DNA of 64,000 nt from an uncultured Ignavibacteria bacterium (lineage in GTDB: Bacteria > Zixibacteria > MSB-5A5 > JAABVY01): contig CAZVLB010000017.1 of the NCBI GenBank assembly GCA_964627935.1, forward strand, positions 6,853-70,852. Reading direction: 5' to 3'. The position numbers and the translations under genes are program-made. The notes beneath the pieces are model-generated. The model was not told where the DNA came from, searched no databases, and saw only the letters and a program-made list of their open reading frames with translations. Positions 18,069 to 30,727 of the stretch are shown here, piece by piece (within the stretch, counting starts at the first letter, position 1; the number at the start of each line of letters is the position of its first letter).

Positions 18069-19076
18069 ATGAATGATAAACCAAAGGTCGGCCTGGTCGG
18101 TGTGGGTCATCTGGGACGTATTCATCTGGCCAAGCTGCAAAAGATAGAAACAGTCGATTTCGCTGGTTTCTACGATATCGACCGGGAAAAATCGGCTCGA
18201 GTTTCCCATGAAACAGGCGCATTTCCGGCCGAGTCGCTTGATCAGCTTCTGGAAAAATCGGATATAGTCAGCGTGGTTGTGCCGACCCATGATCATTATG
18301 ATGTCGGCATGAAAGTGACCGAGGCGGGATGTCATTTGTTCATGGAAAAACCGATGGCCGAATTCGGCTGGCAGGCCAGGGAGATTCTCGATCTGGCAAA
18401 TCAGAAACAACTTAAAATCGGTGTCGGTCATATCGAGAGATTCAATCCCGCCGTGCAGGCCATGAAAGACAAAATCGGCAAGCCCGTCTTTATCGAGGCT
18501 CATCGCCTGAATCCCTTCAATCCCCGCGGCCTGGATGTTGCCGTTATCCTTGAATTGATGATTCATGATATTGATTTGTGCCTGATGTTTACCAATTCGC
18601 AGGTGGATGAAATTCATGTCTCGGCGGTGCAGGTGCTTTCCAATCAGATGGATATTGCCAATGCCCGTTTGAGCTTCAAGTCGGGATGTGTGGCTAATCT
18701 GACTGCCTCACGAATCTCGCCCGCGGGTATGCGTAAAATCAGGATTTTCCAGCGCAATAACTATCTCTCATTCGATCTGAAGCAGAAACAGGTGGACAGC
18801 TTCTCTCTGGTTGATGACCGTTTCGATACCAGCAGCCTGGAGGGCGCCTCGACCTCATTTGAATACTGGGAAACCGGCAAAAAGATAGTCCACAACAGGC
18901 CCCAAAGCTCCGATTATGATATGCTCGAAACCGAATTGCGCGCCTTTCTTGATGCTGTTATCACCGATGTTGAGCCGCCGGTAACCGGCCAGGATGGTTA
19001 TCGTGCATTGTATGTGGCTCGCGAAATCGAAAAGAAGGCCTGGAAAAGCCTGGAGAGAATGAATCTGGTCCCATGA
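18069..19076 (+). CDS. Gfo/Idh/MocA oxidoreductase, GnnA-like (UDP-GlcNAc 3-dehydrogenase candidate)
   Basis: GVGHLG, MEKP, VGHIERFNPA, LMIHDID; located between lpxA and lpxB. Confidence 0.8.
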   Translation: MNDKPKVGLVGVGHLGRIHLAKLQKIETVDFAGFYDIDREKSARVSHETGAFPAESLDQLLEKSDIVSVVVPTHDHYDVGMKVTEAGCHLFMEKPMAEFGWQAREILDLANQKQLKIGVGHIERFNPAVQAMKDKIGKPVFIEAHRLNPFNPRGLDVAVILELMIHDIDLCLMFTNSQVDEIHVSAVQVLSNQMDIANARLSFKSGCVANLTASRISPAGMRKIRIFQRNNYLSFDLKQKQVDSFSLVDDRFDTSSLEGASTSFEYWETGKKIVHNRPQSSDYDMLETELRAFLDAVITDVEPPVTGQDGYRALYVAREIEKKAWKSLERMNLVP

Positions 19077-20218
19077 CATCCCCCATAAAAATCTTCATAG
19101 CGGCAGGTGAATCCTCCGGTGATATCCATGCCGCCGGACTTTTAAAAGAACTTCAGAAATTAAATGACAACCTGCTGGTCTCTGGCCTTGGAGGAGAAAA
19201 CCTGAAAAGTCTGGGAGCCGACCTGCTCTATCGTGTCCGTGACCTGGCCGCATTGGGTTTCTGGGAGGTGGCCGGAAAAATAGGTTTTTACCTTAAAGTA
19301 AAAAAGGACTGCGTAAAACACTTTCGCGAAAACAGGCCGGATCTGGTTATACTGGTGGATTATCCCGGCATGAATCTCAAGCTTGCAAAGGCGGCTCATA
19401 AACTGAACATACCCGTGGTTTACTTCATTTTGCCGCAGGTCTGGGCCTGGAAGGAGAAACGGGTCAGGGCATTAAAAAAATATTGCGATATGCTTATATC
19501 TATCCTTCCCTTCGAAAAAGATTTCTTCGCAAAGCATGATACACAGGTTGAATATGTCGGCCATCCGCTTCTGGATTTGATACCGCTGAGTGATCCCTTA
19601 TCCAATCCCAAAGAGGCCGTTGATCTGGCTCCGGAAGAGAAGCTTGTTGTTCTCATGCCCGGGTCGCGGACGCAGGAGATCGAAAAAAATCTGCCGGTAA
19701 TGCTTGACGCTTTGAAGCTTGTGCGATTGAGACATAATGACATTAAAGCGATTATCATAAAGGCCCCGGATATTGATACGGATGCTTACAAAAAGTATCT
19801 TGATGATGATTATAAATCATATATCAGTCTTCAGCATAAAGACAAATATCGTATTATCGAAGCTTCCGACGCCGCCCTGGTGGCATCCGGTACGGCAACA
19901 TTGGAAACGGCAATCTGCCGTACACCGGGTATAGTCGTTTATCGCATCAGCACCCTGACATATCTTCTTGCCAGAATGTTTGTGAAAGTTAAGCAGATCG
20001 CGCTGGCCAATCTGGTTGCCGGGGAAGTTGTTTTTCCCGAATTAATTCAACATAATGCCAATCCACGGCGCATTGCCGCCGATCTGGAAAATCTGCTGAC
20101 CGATGTGCACAGGCGTATGCAGATAAAGGAATTCCTGGCCAGGATCCGCGGCGAGCTGGAACCTCATGGAGCATACAGGAACGCCGCCGGATTGATATCT
20201 GATAAATTTTTGAGGTAG
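19073..20218 (+). CDS. lpxB: Lipid-A-disaccharide synthase
   Basis: AGESSGD, DYPGMN, PQVWAW, VGHPL, PGSR..E, SGTATLE. Confidence 0.95.
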   Translation: MTSPIKIFIAAGESSGDIHAAGLLKELQKLNDNLLVSGLGGENLKSLGADLLYRVRDLAALGFWEVAGKIGFYLKVKKDCVKHFRENRPDLVILVDYPGMNLKLAKAAHKLNIPVVYFILPQVWAWKEKRVRALKKYCDMLISILPFEKDFFAKHDTQVEYVGHPLLDLIPLSDPLSNPKEAVDLAPEEKLVVLMPGSRTQEIEKNLPVMLDALKLVRLRHNDIKAIIIKAPDIDTDAYKKYLDDDYKSYISLQHKDKYRIIEASDAALVASGTATLETAICRTPGIVVYRISTLTYLLARMFVKVKQIALANLVAGEVVFPELIQHNANPRRIAADLENLLTDVHRRMQIKEFLARIRGELEPHGAYRNAAGLISDKFLR

Positions 20219-20222
20219 ATTT

Positions 20223-21491
20223 TTGAGATTTTTGTACTGGCTGTTTTATAAGATTATTCTTTTTGCCGCCGCCGTTTTTTATCTGCCGCGCTACTATTTT
20301 GGTGGTAAATTTTCCAGGGGAGTATATACAGAGGCCCTGGGCAAATATGAATCGGGAAAACCAGCCGATACAAAACAATCAATCTGGATTCATTGCTCAT
20401 CGGTTGGCGAGGTCAGGATCGCCTCGGCATTACTGGATGAACTGAACGAACAGAACAGAAATTGCAGGTATGTGCTGACTGTCAGGACCGAAACGGGACG
20501 GGCCGAGGCCGAGAGACTATGCGCAGATAAGGCGGAGATCTATTATGCTCCGCTTGACCTTAAGAGATATGTAAAACGGGCGCTGAAAAAATTTCGGCCA
20601 CGCAAACTGGTTTTGATTGAAACCGAACTCTGGCCGCATATGATCCGGCAGGCATTGAAAAGCGGTGTCGATTTGTACCTGGTCAATGGCCGCATATCCG
20701 ACCGGACATTCGGGCAGTATCGCGCATTCAAACCGCTTTTCGGACCTTTGCTGAGGTTATTCGAGGCAATCCTGATGCAGTCCGAACGGGATCGTCAGCG
20801 AATCCTTGAAATCGGCGCAACAAATGAAAATTGCCATGTCCTGCATAACATAAAATATGATCTGATGCGCAAAAATGTCGGCCGGATAGATCCGGATCAG
20901 GTCCGGAAGATGCTCAGGATCGGCCCCGATGACAGATTTATAATTGCTGGCTCGACACGTGGCGGTGAAGAGAAAACAGTGATCCGCGAATACAGCAGGC
21001 TTAAAGAAAAGCATTCCGATCTTAAGCTGATTATCGCACCCCGTCATCTGGAAAGAAATGCTGAAGTTGAAGCATATCTTAAAGATGCGCATTTGAGCTA
21101 TGTTTTCAGGAGCAGTCTTGATGATGCCACTGAGGCATCGAATTATGATGTTATTTTGGCCGACAAGATGGGCCAGTTGATGCAGCTTTATTCTATTAGC
21201 AGAACGGCATTTGTGGGCGGTTCACTGGTCGACAAAGGCGGGCAGAATCCATTGGAGCCGGTGGCATTGGGCGTGCCGACATGTTTCGGTCCCAATATGC
21301 AAAATTTCGAGGAGATCGCGGATACCTTGATTCATATGCGTATGGCCTTTAAAATCAATGATAGTTCCGGGATGTATGATTTCTTCGATCAGGCTCTGCA
21401 GGGCAAGATTGCCACTCCTGATCCGCGGGAATTGTTCCAAAAATACGGTCGTTCGGCCGAGAAAAGCGCGGAGATTATCCTCAGGGCTTGA
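20223..21491 (+). CDS. waaA: Kdo transferase
   Basis: WIHCSSVGE, ETELWP, NGRISD, IIAPRHLER, GGSLVDKGGQNPLEP. Confidence 0.93.
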   Translation: MRFLYWLFYKIILFAAAVFYLPRYYFGGKFSRGVYTEALGKYESGKPADTKQSIWIHCSSVGEVRIASALLDELNEQNRNCRYVLTVRTETGRAEAERLCADKAEIYYAPLDLKRYVKRALKKFRPRKLVLIETELWPHMIRQALKSGVDLYLVNGRISDRTFGQYRAFKPLFGPLLRLFEAILMQSERDRQRILEIGATNENCHVLHNIKYDLMRKNVGRIDPDQVRKMLRIGPDDRFIIAGSTRGGEEKTVIREYSRLKEKHSDLKLIIAPRHLERNAEVEAYLKDAHLSYVFRSSLDDATEASNYDVILADKMGQLMQLYSISRTAFVGGSLVDKGGQNPLEPVALGVPTCFGPNMQNFEEIADTLIHMRMAFKINDSSGMYDFFDQALQGKIATPDPRELFQKYGRSAEKSAEIILRA

Positions 21492-21493
21492 TT

Positions 21494-22576
21494 ATGAATA
21501 CTGCGCAAGGAACATTCTGGCAGGATTATCTCAATCGCAAAAGCGGCAATGTATTGCATTTCGCTTTGCGGTTGATATTATCGCCCCTGGCGTTCCTGTA
21601 CGGACTACTTATGATTCTGCGCAGGTCGTTTTACGGTACAGGCATATTCAGATCGGTATCGCTTGATCATCCGGTCATCTCTGTAGGTAACCTGACCACC
21701 GGGGGCACCGGCAAAACGCCGTTTGAAATCTATCTGCTGAAACTTTGCAATCAAATGAATATCAGGCCGTTATTATTATCACGCGGTTATGGTTCAGGGG
21801 GAGTATCGGGGATAATCAAAGCGGGTGATGAACGAATTGCGCATCTGCCGGATGAATTAAAGATGATAGCCGAGAGTAATCCTGATATCATGATCGCTTA
21901 TGGCGCGAATCGTCTGGAAGCATACAATATGGCCATGAATCAGGGGAAATTTGATTTAGTAATCCTCGATGACGGTTTCCAGCATTTAAGGATTCAGCGT
22001 GATCTGGATATTCTCATGGTAGATATCGGGAAACCGTTTGGAAGCGGATTCCCGTTGCCCTCGGGCAATCTTCGTGAGCCGAAATCATGCATGAAGTATG
22101 CCGATCTGATCGTGGCCAATCATAAGCTGGGCAAAAAAGAGGGGGCACCTGTAGCAGTCACGCAATGGGGCCTGCCGATTTTTGAAGGCGAATACAGGAT
22201 AAATGAAATCAAATTCCATCACGATGATTCGAATGTGCCGGCCGAAGAACTCAGGGGCATGAAAACCGGTGTGGTTACGGCCATTGCCGATCCGCAAAGC
22301 TTTATTGATCTTCTGGAAAAGGCGGAGCTTAAGCCTGAGGCTGTTTTCACCTACCGGGATCATCACAGGTTCACTGCCGATGATCTGCAGCAGATCCGCC
22401 GGAACTCACTGAGGCTGGGGATTCATGCGCTTCTGGTAACCGCAAAGGATGCTGTCAAGATACCAAGAAATTGCTTTGAAAAACCGGATATATATATTAT
22501 TAAAATAGAATTCTCTCCGCTTGGAGATGAAAATTCCCTGAAGGAAAGGATCAGGCGCTTTGCCCAAAACGATTAG
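21494..22576 (+). CDS. lpxK: Tetraacyldisaccharide 4'-kinase
   Basis: SVGNLTTGGTGKTP, SRGYG, LDDGFQH, P.GNLRE, DHH, TAKDAVK. Confidence 0.95.
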   Translation: MNTAQGTFWQDYLNRKSGNVLHFALRLILSPLAFLYGLLMILRRSFYGTGIFRSVSLDHPVISVGNLTTGGTGKTPFEIYLLKLCNQMNIRPLLLSRGYGSGGVSGIIKAGDERIAHLPDELKMIAESNPDIMIAYGANRLEAYNMAMNQGKFDLVILDDGFQHLRIQRDLDILMVDIGKPFGSGFPLPSGNLREPKSCMKYADLIVANHKLGKKEGAPVAVTQWGLPIFEGEYRINEIKFHHDDSNVPAEELRGMKTGVVTAIADPQSFIDLLEKAELKPEAVFTYRDHHRFTADDLQQIRRNSLRLGIHALLVTAKDAVKIPRNCFEKPDIYIIKIEFSPLGDENSLKERIRRFAQND

Positions 22577-24182
22577 AAAATTCAATTTTCTGGTAATCGG
22601 CTCCGGAATCGCCGGGCTTTCCTTTGCCCTGCGTATGGCCAAACATGGCAAGGTTGCAATCGTTACCAAGAAACGTCAATCGGAAAGCAACACCAACTAT
22701 GCCCAGGGCGGAATTGCCTCGGTAATAAGCAGCAAGGATTCTTTCAAAAAACATATAAAAGATACACTTGAAGCGGGGGCAGGGCTTTGTGATCGTGAAG
22801 TTGTCGAGAAGGTTGTCAAGGCCGGTCCGGATGCGATCAAGCGTCTGATCGAGCTGGGTGTGCAGTTCAGTTATCAGGATGAGTCCCAGCAGCTTAGAAG
22901 CCTGTCATTGGGTCAGGAGGGCGGCCATTCCGAAAAACGCGTGGTTCATGCCGCCGATTATACCGGACGGGAAATTGAAACCAGTCTCTTGAACGCCGTT
23001 AAGGCGGATTCAAATATCACCGTGATGGAAAACCACAGCGCTGTTGACCTGCTCTACAGAAATATTGACGATCGCATACACTGTTTTGGAGCATGGGTTT
23101 ATGATGTGCGCGGGATTCAGCTTTCGCGGGTTGTGGCCGAGGTCACTCTGCTGGCCACGGGTGGATTGGGACAGGTTTATCTGCATACGACCAATCCCAA
23201 AATCGCCACCGGTGATGGCGTAGCAATGGCTTACCGTGCCGGGGCAGAAATCGCCAACCTGGAATTTATGCAGTTTCATCCCACAGCATTGTTTCATCCG
23301 GAGGCCGAAAGCTTCCTGATCTCCGAAGCAGTGCGTGGCGAGGGAGGCAAGCTGCGTCTGCGCAATGGGCGACGCTTTATGCAGGATTATGATCCGCGTA
23401 TGGAACTGGCCACTCGCGATGTTGTGGCCCGTGCGATTGACCGCGAAATAAAGCTTTCCGGCGATCCCTGTGTGTACCTGGATATGACCCATCTCAAGGA
23501 AAGCTTCCTGCGTCAGCGTTTCCCGAATATTTACAACAAGCTGAAAACGCTGGGAATCGATATGGCCACCGATTGGATACCGGTTGTACCGGCGGCACAT
23601 TATATGTGCGGGGGGGTGGTTACCGATCAAAATGGCAAGACCAGCCTGGAAAATCTTTATGCAGTTGGGGAGGTTGCTCACACGGGAATGCATGGCGGCA
23701 ACCGTCTGGCTTCGAATTCCCTTCTGGAAGCGGTTGTGTTTGCCGAATTCGCTGCCAGGGCGGCCCGGCAGGGTGATCACAGGACCTACAACGGCAACAA
23801 AATTTTATCGGAATTCGATCGTATGCTGGATGGCAAGGTGTCCGTGTCAGAGGAAGAAAGGATCCTGGTCTCACATGCCATGCTGGATATCAAGCAGGTC
23901 ATGTCCAATTATGTGGGCGTGGTGCGTTCAAACAAACGCCTGAACTGGGCAATGCGCCGTCTGGACACCATAAAAGCGGATATCGCGGAACTATGGGAGA
24001 ATTTTCCGCTTTCATATGATTTACTGGAATTGCGTAACCTGGCCACCTGCGCCGGTTTGATAGTGCGCTGCGCCACATTGCGCAAGGAATCCCGCGGCTT
24101 GAATTACAATATCGATTATCCTGAAAAGGATGATGAAAACTGGAACAAAGATACTATTCTCGATAAACAAAGCCTGCTATGA
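22560..24182 (+). CDS. nadB: L-aspartate oxidase
   Basis: GSGIAGL, AQGGIA, EGGHS, QFHPT, PAAHYMCGG, HGGNRLASNSLLE. Confidence 0.95.
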   Translation: MPKTIRKFNFLVIGSGIAGLSFALRMAKHGKVAIVTKKRQSESNTNYAQGGIASVISSKDSFKKHIKDTLEAGAGLCDREVVEKVVKAGPDAIKRLIELGVQFSYQDESQQLRSLSLGQEGGHSEKRVVHAADYTGREIETSLLNAVKADSNITVMENHSAVDLLYRNIDDRIHCFGAWVYDVRGIQLSRVVAEVTLLATGGLGQVYLHTTNPKIATGDGVAMAYRAGAEIANLEFMQFHPTALFHPEAESFLISEAVRGEGGKLRLRNGRRFMQDYDPRMELATRDVVARAIDREIKLSGDPCVYLDMTHLKESFLRQRFPNIYNKLKTLGIDMATDWIPVVPAAHYMCGGVVTDQNGKTSLENLYAVGEVAHTGMHGGNRLASNSLLEAVVFAEFAARAARQGDHRTYNGNKILSEFDRMLDGKVSVSEEERILVSHAMLDIKQVMSNYVGVVRSNKRLNWAMRRLDTIKADIAELWENFPLSYDLLELRNLATCAGLIVRCATLRKESRGLNYNIDYPEKDDENWNKDTILDKQSLL

Positions 24183-25711
24183 CAGAAGAAATATTGATAC
24201 TCGATTTTGGCTCGCAGTACACGCAGTTGATTGCCCGCAAGGTCAGGGAACAGAATGTGTATTGCGAAATAGTGCCGTTTAATTTCCCGCTGGAGGAAGC
24301 CCGTCAGAAAAACCTTAAGGGTATTATCCTGTCCGGAGGACCCGCCTCCGTTCTGGCCGATGATGCTTATATCTGCGATGAAGAATATTTCAATCTGGGT
24401 GTTCCGATTCTGGGTATCTGCTATGGTTTGCAGCTGATGGGCAGGATTATGGGCGGTAAACTGGTCAGGTCCACCGACCGTGAATATGGTCCGGCGCAGT
24501 TTATGCCCACGAAGGAATCGCCATTGTGGGATGGCCTGATGGAGCAGTCGCAGGTCTGGATGAGCCACGGCGATACTCTGGTGGAACTGCCTCCCGGATT
24601 CGAGAATATCGGCAAGACCCTGCAGGTTCAACATGCGGCCATAGCCAATCCTGACAAGAATATGTATGCTCTGCAGTTTCATCCGGAGGTCTACCATACT
24701 GAACGGGGTCGTGAAATTCTGGGCGGTTTCCTGAAAAATGTCTGCCAGACAACCTCTGAGTGGACAATGGAATCGTTTATAGAGGATTCCATAGAAAAAA
24801 TACGCAATCAGGTCGGCGAAAGCCGTGTGCTCTGTGCAGTGTCCGGTGGCGTGGATTCATCGGTATGCGCCCTTCTGTTATCGCAGGCAATCGGCAAAAA
24901 TCTGGTGGCGGTATTTGTCAATAACGGGCTCCTGCGTAAAAACGAGGCGCTTCAGGTTATCGAAGAACTTGCCAATCTGAATGTGGATATCCGCAATGTC
25001 GACGCCTCCGATCTTTTCCTGAGCCGTCTGGCGGGTGTGATTGATCCCGAGGAAAAAAGGAAGATTATCGGACGGACATTCATTGAGGTGTTTGACCAGC
25101 AGGCCTCGGAACTGGGAGAAATCGACTATCTTGCACAGGGAACTTTGTATCCGGATGTTATTGAATCGGTTTCATTTAAGGGCCCATCGGCGACTATAAA
25201 ATCACATCATAATGTGGGTGGGTTGCCGGAAAAAATGAACATGAAGCTGATCGAGCCATTACGGGAGCTGTTCAAAGACGAGGTTCGTGTCCTGGGTGAA
25301 AAACTGGGCCTGAAGCGTGAATTATTATGGCGCCATCCGTTTCCCGGCCCGGGGCTGGCGGTACGGATTCTGGGCGAGATTACACCGCAACGTCTGCACC
25401 TGGTACGTGAGGCGGATGATATTTTTATCAGCGCCCTGCATGAATTCGGCGAATACGACAATGTCTGGCAGGCTTTCTGTGTATTGCTTCCGGTTCAGGC
25501 TGTGGGGGTCATGGGTGACGAACGGACCTATGAAAATGTGGTCGCATTGAGGGCAGTATGTTCAACCGATGGCATGACGGCCGACTGGGCTCGTCTTCCT
25601 GCGCCATTATTGCAACATGTGTCCTCCACTATTGTCAATAAGATAAAGGGCATAAACAGGGTGGTCTATGATGTCTCCTCCAAACCGCCCGCCACAATTG
25701 AATGGGAATAG
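24179..25711 (+). CDS. guaA: GMP synthase (glutamine-hydrolysing)
   Basis: DFGSQY, GICYG, QFHPE, SGGVDS, KPPATIEWE. Confidence 0.97.
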   Translation: MTEEILILDFGSQYTQLIARKVREQNVYCEIVPFNFPLEEARQKNLKGIILSGGPASVLADDAYICDEEYFNLGVPILGICYGLQLMGRIMGGKLVRSTDREYGPAQFMPTKESPLWDGLMEQSQVWMSHGDTLVELPPGFENIGKTLQVQHAAIANPDKNMYALQFHPEVYHTERGREILGGFLKNVCQTTSEWTMESFIEDSIEKIRNQVGESRVLCAVSGGVDSSVCALLLSQAIGKNLVAVFVNNGLLRKNEALQVIEELANLNVDIRNVDASDLFLSRLAGVIDPEEKRKIIGRTFIEVFDQQASELGEIDYLAQGTLYPDVIESVSFKGPSATIKSHHNVGGLPEKMNMKLIEPLRELFKDEVRVLGEKLGLKRELLWRHPFPGPGLAVRILGEITPQRLHLVREADDIFISALHEFGEYDNVWQAFCVLLPVQAVGVMGDERTYENVVALRAVCSTDGMTADWARLPAPLLQHVSSTIVNKIKGINRVVYDVSSKPPATIEWE

Positions 25712-25763
25712 GACGAAAATGTTTGACTTCCATTGGTTTTTTGATATTATCCTAAGCTGAGGT

Positions 25764-26744
25764 ATGGACAGAGCAGAATTAAACGAATTTTTGAAGCCGG
25801 TCGAGAAGGACCTGCTTAAATTTGATCGGATCAGCGACCGTGTCCTGCAGGCCGAATCGGATCTGATCTCCGGCGTGGTACGCCATTTATTGCGCAAAAA
25901 GGGCAAGCGCATCCGGCCGGCGATTTCTTTCCTGGTCAGCCGCGCCGCCGGCTTTAATCATCCCAAAATGGTTCAGGCGGCACTGGCAATCGAACTTATC
26001 CATACCGCCACATTGCTTCATGATGATGTTGTCGATGAGTCCGATACACGTCGCGGGCAGGAGACAGTTAATTATAAGTGGAACAACCTTGTCTCTGTTT
26101 TGATGGGTGATTTCTTCTTTGCCAAGGCTTTTCGTCTGCTGGTTGAAACAGAATCATCGGAACTGGTCAGCCAGGTATCCCGTGCCACGGAAAAAGTTTC
26201 ATTTGGCGAGTTGCGCCAGATCGAGGAGACATTCAACTGGGAACTGGATGAAAAACAATATTACGATATAATTCGAGACAAGACAGCGGCCCTGTTCAGC
26301 GTTTCCTCGGCCTCATGCGCGATCTTGAATCGAGAAGAAAAAAAGCGTATAAAACAGTTTTCAACTTTCGGCGAACGGGTCGGCAAGGCCTTTCAGATTG
26401 CCGATGATATCCTCGACCTTGTCGGGGACACATCAACCACCGGTAAAAGTGTCGGGCTCGATCTCCTGCAGGGCAAAGTGACGTTGCCATTGATCTATAC
26501 TCTCAAGAAGAGTGACCCGCAGGAGTCCAAACAGCTTATGGGCATACTGAATAACGGTCTCAACAAGAAATCGCTGGGCAAGATACTGAAAGCCATAGAT
26601 AATCGCGGCGGAATAAAATATGCCCGCCGTAAGGCATCATATTTCGGCGACAACGCCCTTAATTTCATATCTGAATTTCCAAAATCGCCATATCGGGAAT
26701 CCCTCGAGAACCTGATTCAGTTTTCTATCAATCGTGATAATTAA
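25764..26744 (+). CDS. Polyprenyl diphosphate synthase
   Basis: GKRIRP, LHDDVVD and FQIADDILD aspartate-rich motifs. Confidence 0.92.
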   Translation: MDRAELNEFLKPVEKDLLKFDRISDRVLQAESDLISGVVRHLLRKKGKRIRPAISFLVSRAAGFNHPKMVQAALAIELIHTATLLHDDVVDESDTRRGQETVNYKWNNLVSVLMGDFFFAKAFRLLVETESSELVSQVSRATEKVSFGELRQIEETFNWELDEKQYYDIIRDKTAALFSVSSASCAILNREEKKRIKQFSTFGERVGKAFQIADDILDLVGDTSTTGKSVGLDLLQGKVTLPLIYTLKKSDPQESKQLMGILNNGLNKKSLGKILKAIDNRGGIKYARRKASYFGDNALNFISEFPKSPYRESLENLIQFSINRDN

Positions 26745-26782
26745 TCCCAAACTATCCGGAGTTTGTGCGGTACAATACTGTA

Positions 26783-28960
26783 ATGTTTGTCTTAGCCGAC
26801 ATATCACTTTCATTTAATAACAGCTGGCTGTGGTTTGCCCTGCTGGGTCTTGTGGTCTACCTGGGCCTCGTGATCCTGCTTTATCGCAAAACCAATCCGC
26901 CTTTTTCCCGTGCTGTCAGGCTGGGTCTGGGAATCGCCCGCTATCTGGCCTTGATATTTGTAATCTTATGTGTGGCAGAACCTGTGCTTTCGATGCAATG
27001 GGAGAAAAAAGATGATCCGCTGGTGGTGTTTTTGGCCGACAACAGCAGCAGCATTAATACGGTTGAAAATTTCGAGGCCAAGCGCAATTTCCTGAACAGC
27101 TTCACGGCCGGCGAATTTCGAAATCTTCTTCCCGATGATACCCGCAGTGATGTTTATCTATTCTCCGATACCCTGCGTTCGGCCGATAATCCTGAATTTG
27201 ACGGCCAGCAGACGGCAATCGGTGATGTCATTAACTATCTGCGCGAAAGATACCGTGATGAAAACCTGACATCGATCGTAATCGCTTCCGATGGTCTTTC
27301 CAATTTCGGCATTGATCCGGTCATGGCCGCAAGACAATCTGGTGTGCCGATATATACAGTTGATCTGGGCCCGCAGAAAATCAGCCGCGATATCAGGATT
27401 GTGGATATAAATCATGACCCGGTGGCATATTCGGATAAACCGTTCGAAATCGAGATCGAAATCGAGGGCCGCGGATTTGAGCGTATGAACATGCCCATGG
27501 TTACCTCATTGGGCGAGCAGGAACTGGATCGCAAAAATATCGAGGTCCTGGGGGCGGGCCAGAGGCAGAGATACACTGTCGAAATAACGCCTCGTGAACC
27601 GGGAGTGAAAAACTTCAATGTGCGCCTTCCGGTACAGCCCGAGGAAGAACTGTCCGAGAATAATTCGCGTAATTTCAGCCTCAAAGTTTTGCAGTCCAGG
27701 AAACGAATTCTGGTCGTTACCGATGAACTGAACTGGGATGTTACTTTTCTCAATCGCGCCATATCGGAATCACCCGACTATGAAACCGCGTTGTATGTAA
27801 CCGAAGGCCGGGGCCGTCTGGATATATCGCGTTTCCCGAATAACCAGGATTCACTCAATAGCTATGATATTGTGATCTTCCTCAGGACCTCTGGACGGTT
27901 TGTGGCGGAACATATGCCGCTTCTGAACAGCTATGTCCGCTCCCATGGCGGGTCGGTCTGGTTCATTCCAGGTTTGTCATCAATGGAACGTCTGGCGCAA
28001 AGCGAGGATGAAAATATTCTTCCCTATGTTCCGCATTATGATGATCGCTATTTTAATGATTTCAACTTTCATGCAACCCTGACCGAGGATGGACGGCTTC
28101 ATCCGGTTACCCGCCTGCGTGAAAATGCCCGCGAGAATTCGGAACTGTGGCAGTCAATCCCACCGTTCGAGGAGCATGTAATTTACCGTGAAATCAAGCC
28201 GGAAGCAAAAATCCTGGCGGTTCATCCCGAGAAAGAAATCAACGGCAGGGTAATTCCGGTCATATTCTATCATACTTTCGAGGCCGGCAAGGTGCTGACA
28301 TTTGCGGCCGGGCCGATCTGGAAAATCGATTTCGTAAGTGCCGGATATGGCGATGAAACAGCTGCTTTTAAAAAGCTTATCATGAATTCGATCAGCTGGC
28401 TGACAACGCGTGAGGATGTCGACCGGATTCGGTTGGCCACAGATAAGAATATCTACCGCAGCGGAGAAAGGGTGCAGATGGAGGCCACCGTTCTGGACCA
28501 GAACTATTCACCGCTGGAAAACGCCGTGGTCGATGTTGTCGTCAGGTCCGCTGATTCTGATGACAGCTTGATTGTCTCAATGAACCAGGGCTCCTCGGGT
28601 CAATTCAATGCCGACCTGGGGCTTTTGCAGTCCGGCGATTATACCTTTACCGGCACTGTAGTCTGGGAGGATAAGGTGCTGGAGGAAATCAGTGGCGATT
28701 TCAAGGTCGAGGGCTTCTCGCTGGAACAGGAAACGCTCTTTCTGCCGCCGGATATGATGCAGAAAATCAGCCAGGCTTCCGGCGGCCGTCATTACAATAT
28801 CGATAATTTCAATAACCTGCGCGATGATGTAAAAGCAGACGCCCGCTTGACCATGCAGACCTCAGAAACCCGCCTGGCCTCCAACCTGTGGATGCTGATA
28901 ATCATACTGGGCCTGCTTTCGATTGAATGGCTGATCCGTAAGCGTTTGCAGCTTCTGTAA
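26783..28960 (+). CDS. Membrane-anchored vWA-domain protein with Ig-like and GATase-like domains
   Basis: N-terminal TMs, DNSSS MIDAS-like motif, SDG, ENN Ig motif, C-terminal TM EWLIRKR. Confidence 0.7.
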   Translation: MFVLADISLSFNNSWLWFALLGLVVYLGLVILLYRKTNPPFSRAVRLGLGIARYLALIFVILCVAEPVLSMQWEKKDDPLVVFLADNSSSINTVENFEAKRNFLNSFTAGEFRNLLPDDTRSDVYLFSDTLRSADNPEFDGQQTAIGDVINYLRERYRDENLTSIVIASDGLSNFGIDPVMAARQSGVPIYTVDLGPQKISRDIRIVDINHDPVAYSDKPFEIEIEIEGRGFERMNMPMVTSLGEQELDRKNIEVLGAGQRQRYTVEITPREPGVKNFNVRLPVQPEEELSENNSRNFSLKVLQSRKRILVVTDELNWDVTFLNRAISESPDYETALYVTEGRGRLDISRFPNNQDSLNSYDIVIFLRTSGRFVAEHMPLLNSYVRSHGGSVWFIPGLSSMERLAQSEDENILPYVPHYDDRYFNDFNFHATLTEDGRLHPVTRLRENARENSELWQSIPPFEEHVIYREIKPEAKILAVHPEKEINGRVIPVIFYHTFEAGKVLTFAAGPIWKIDFVSAGYGDETAAFKKLIMNSISWLTTREDVDRIRLATDKNIYRSGERVQMEATVLDQNYSPLENAVVDVVVRSADSDDSLIVSMNQGSSGQFNADLGLLQSGDYTFTGTVVWEDKVLEEISGDFKVEGFSLEQETLFLPPDMMQKISQASGGRHYNIDNFNNLRDDVKADARLTMQTSETRLASNLWMLIIILGLLSIEWLIRKRLQLL

Positions 28961-29042
28961 TTGCATTTTTATATTGATTTAAAGGGCGTTGCTTTATACT
29001 TTCCTGCTTACTGTAAACCTGCGAAAATAAAAGGAGCAATAA

Positions 29043-30713
<1,671 letters not shown>

Positions 30714-30727
<14 letters not shown>

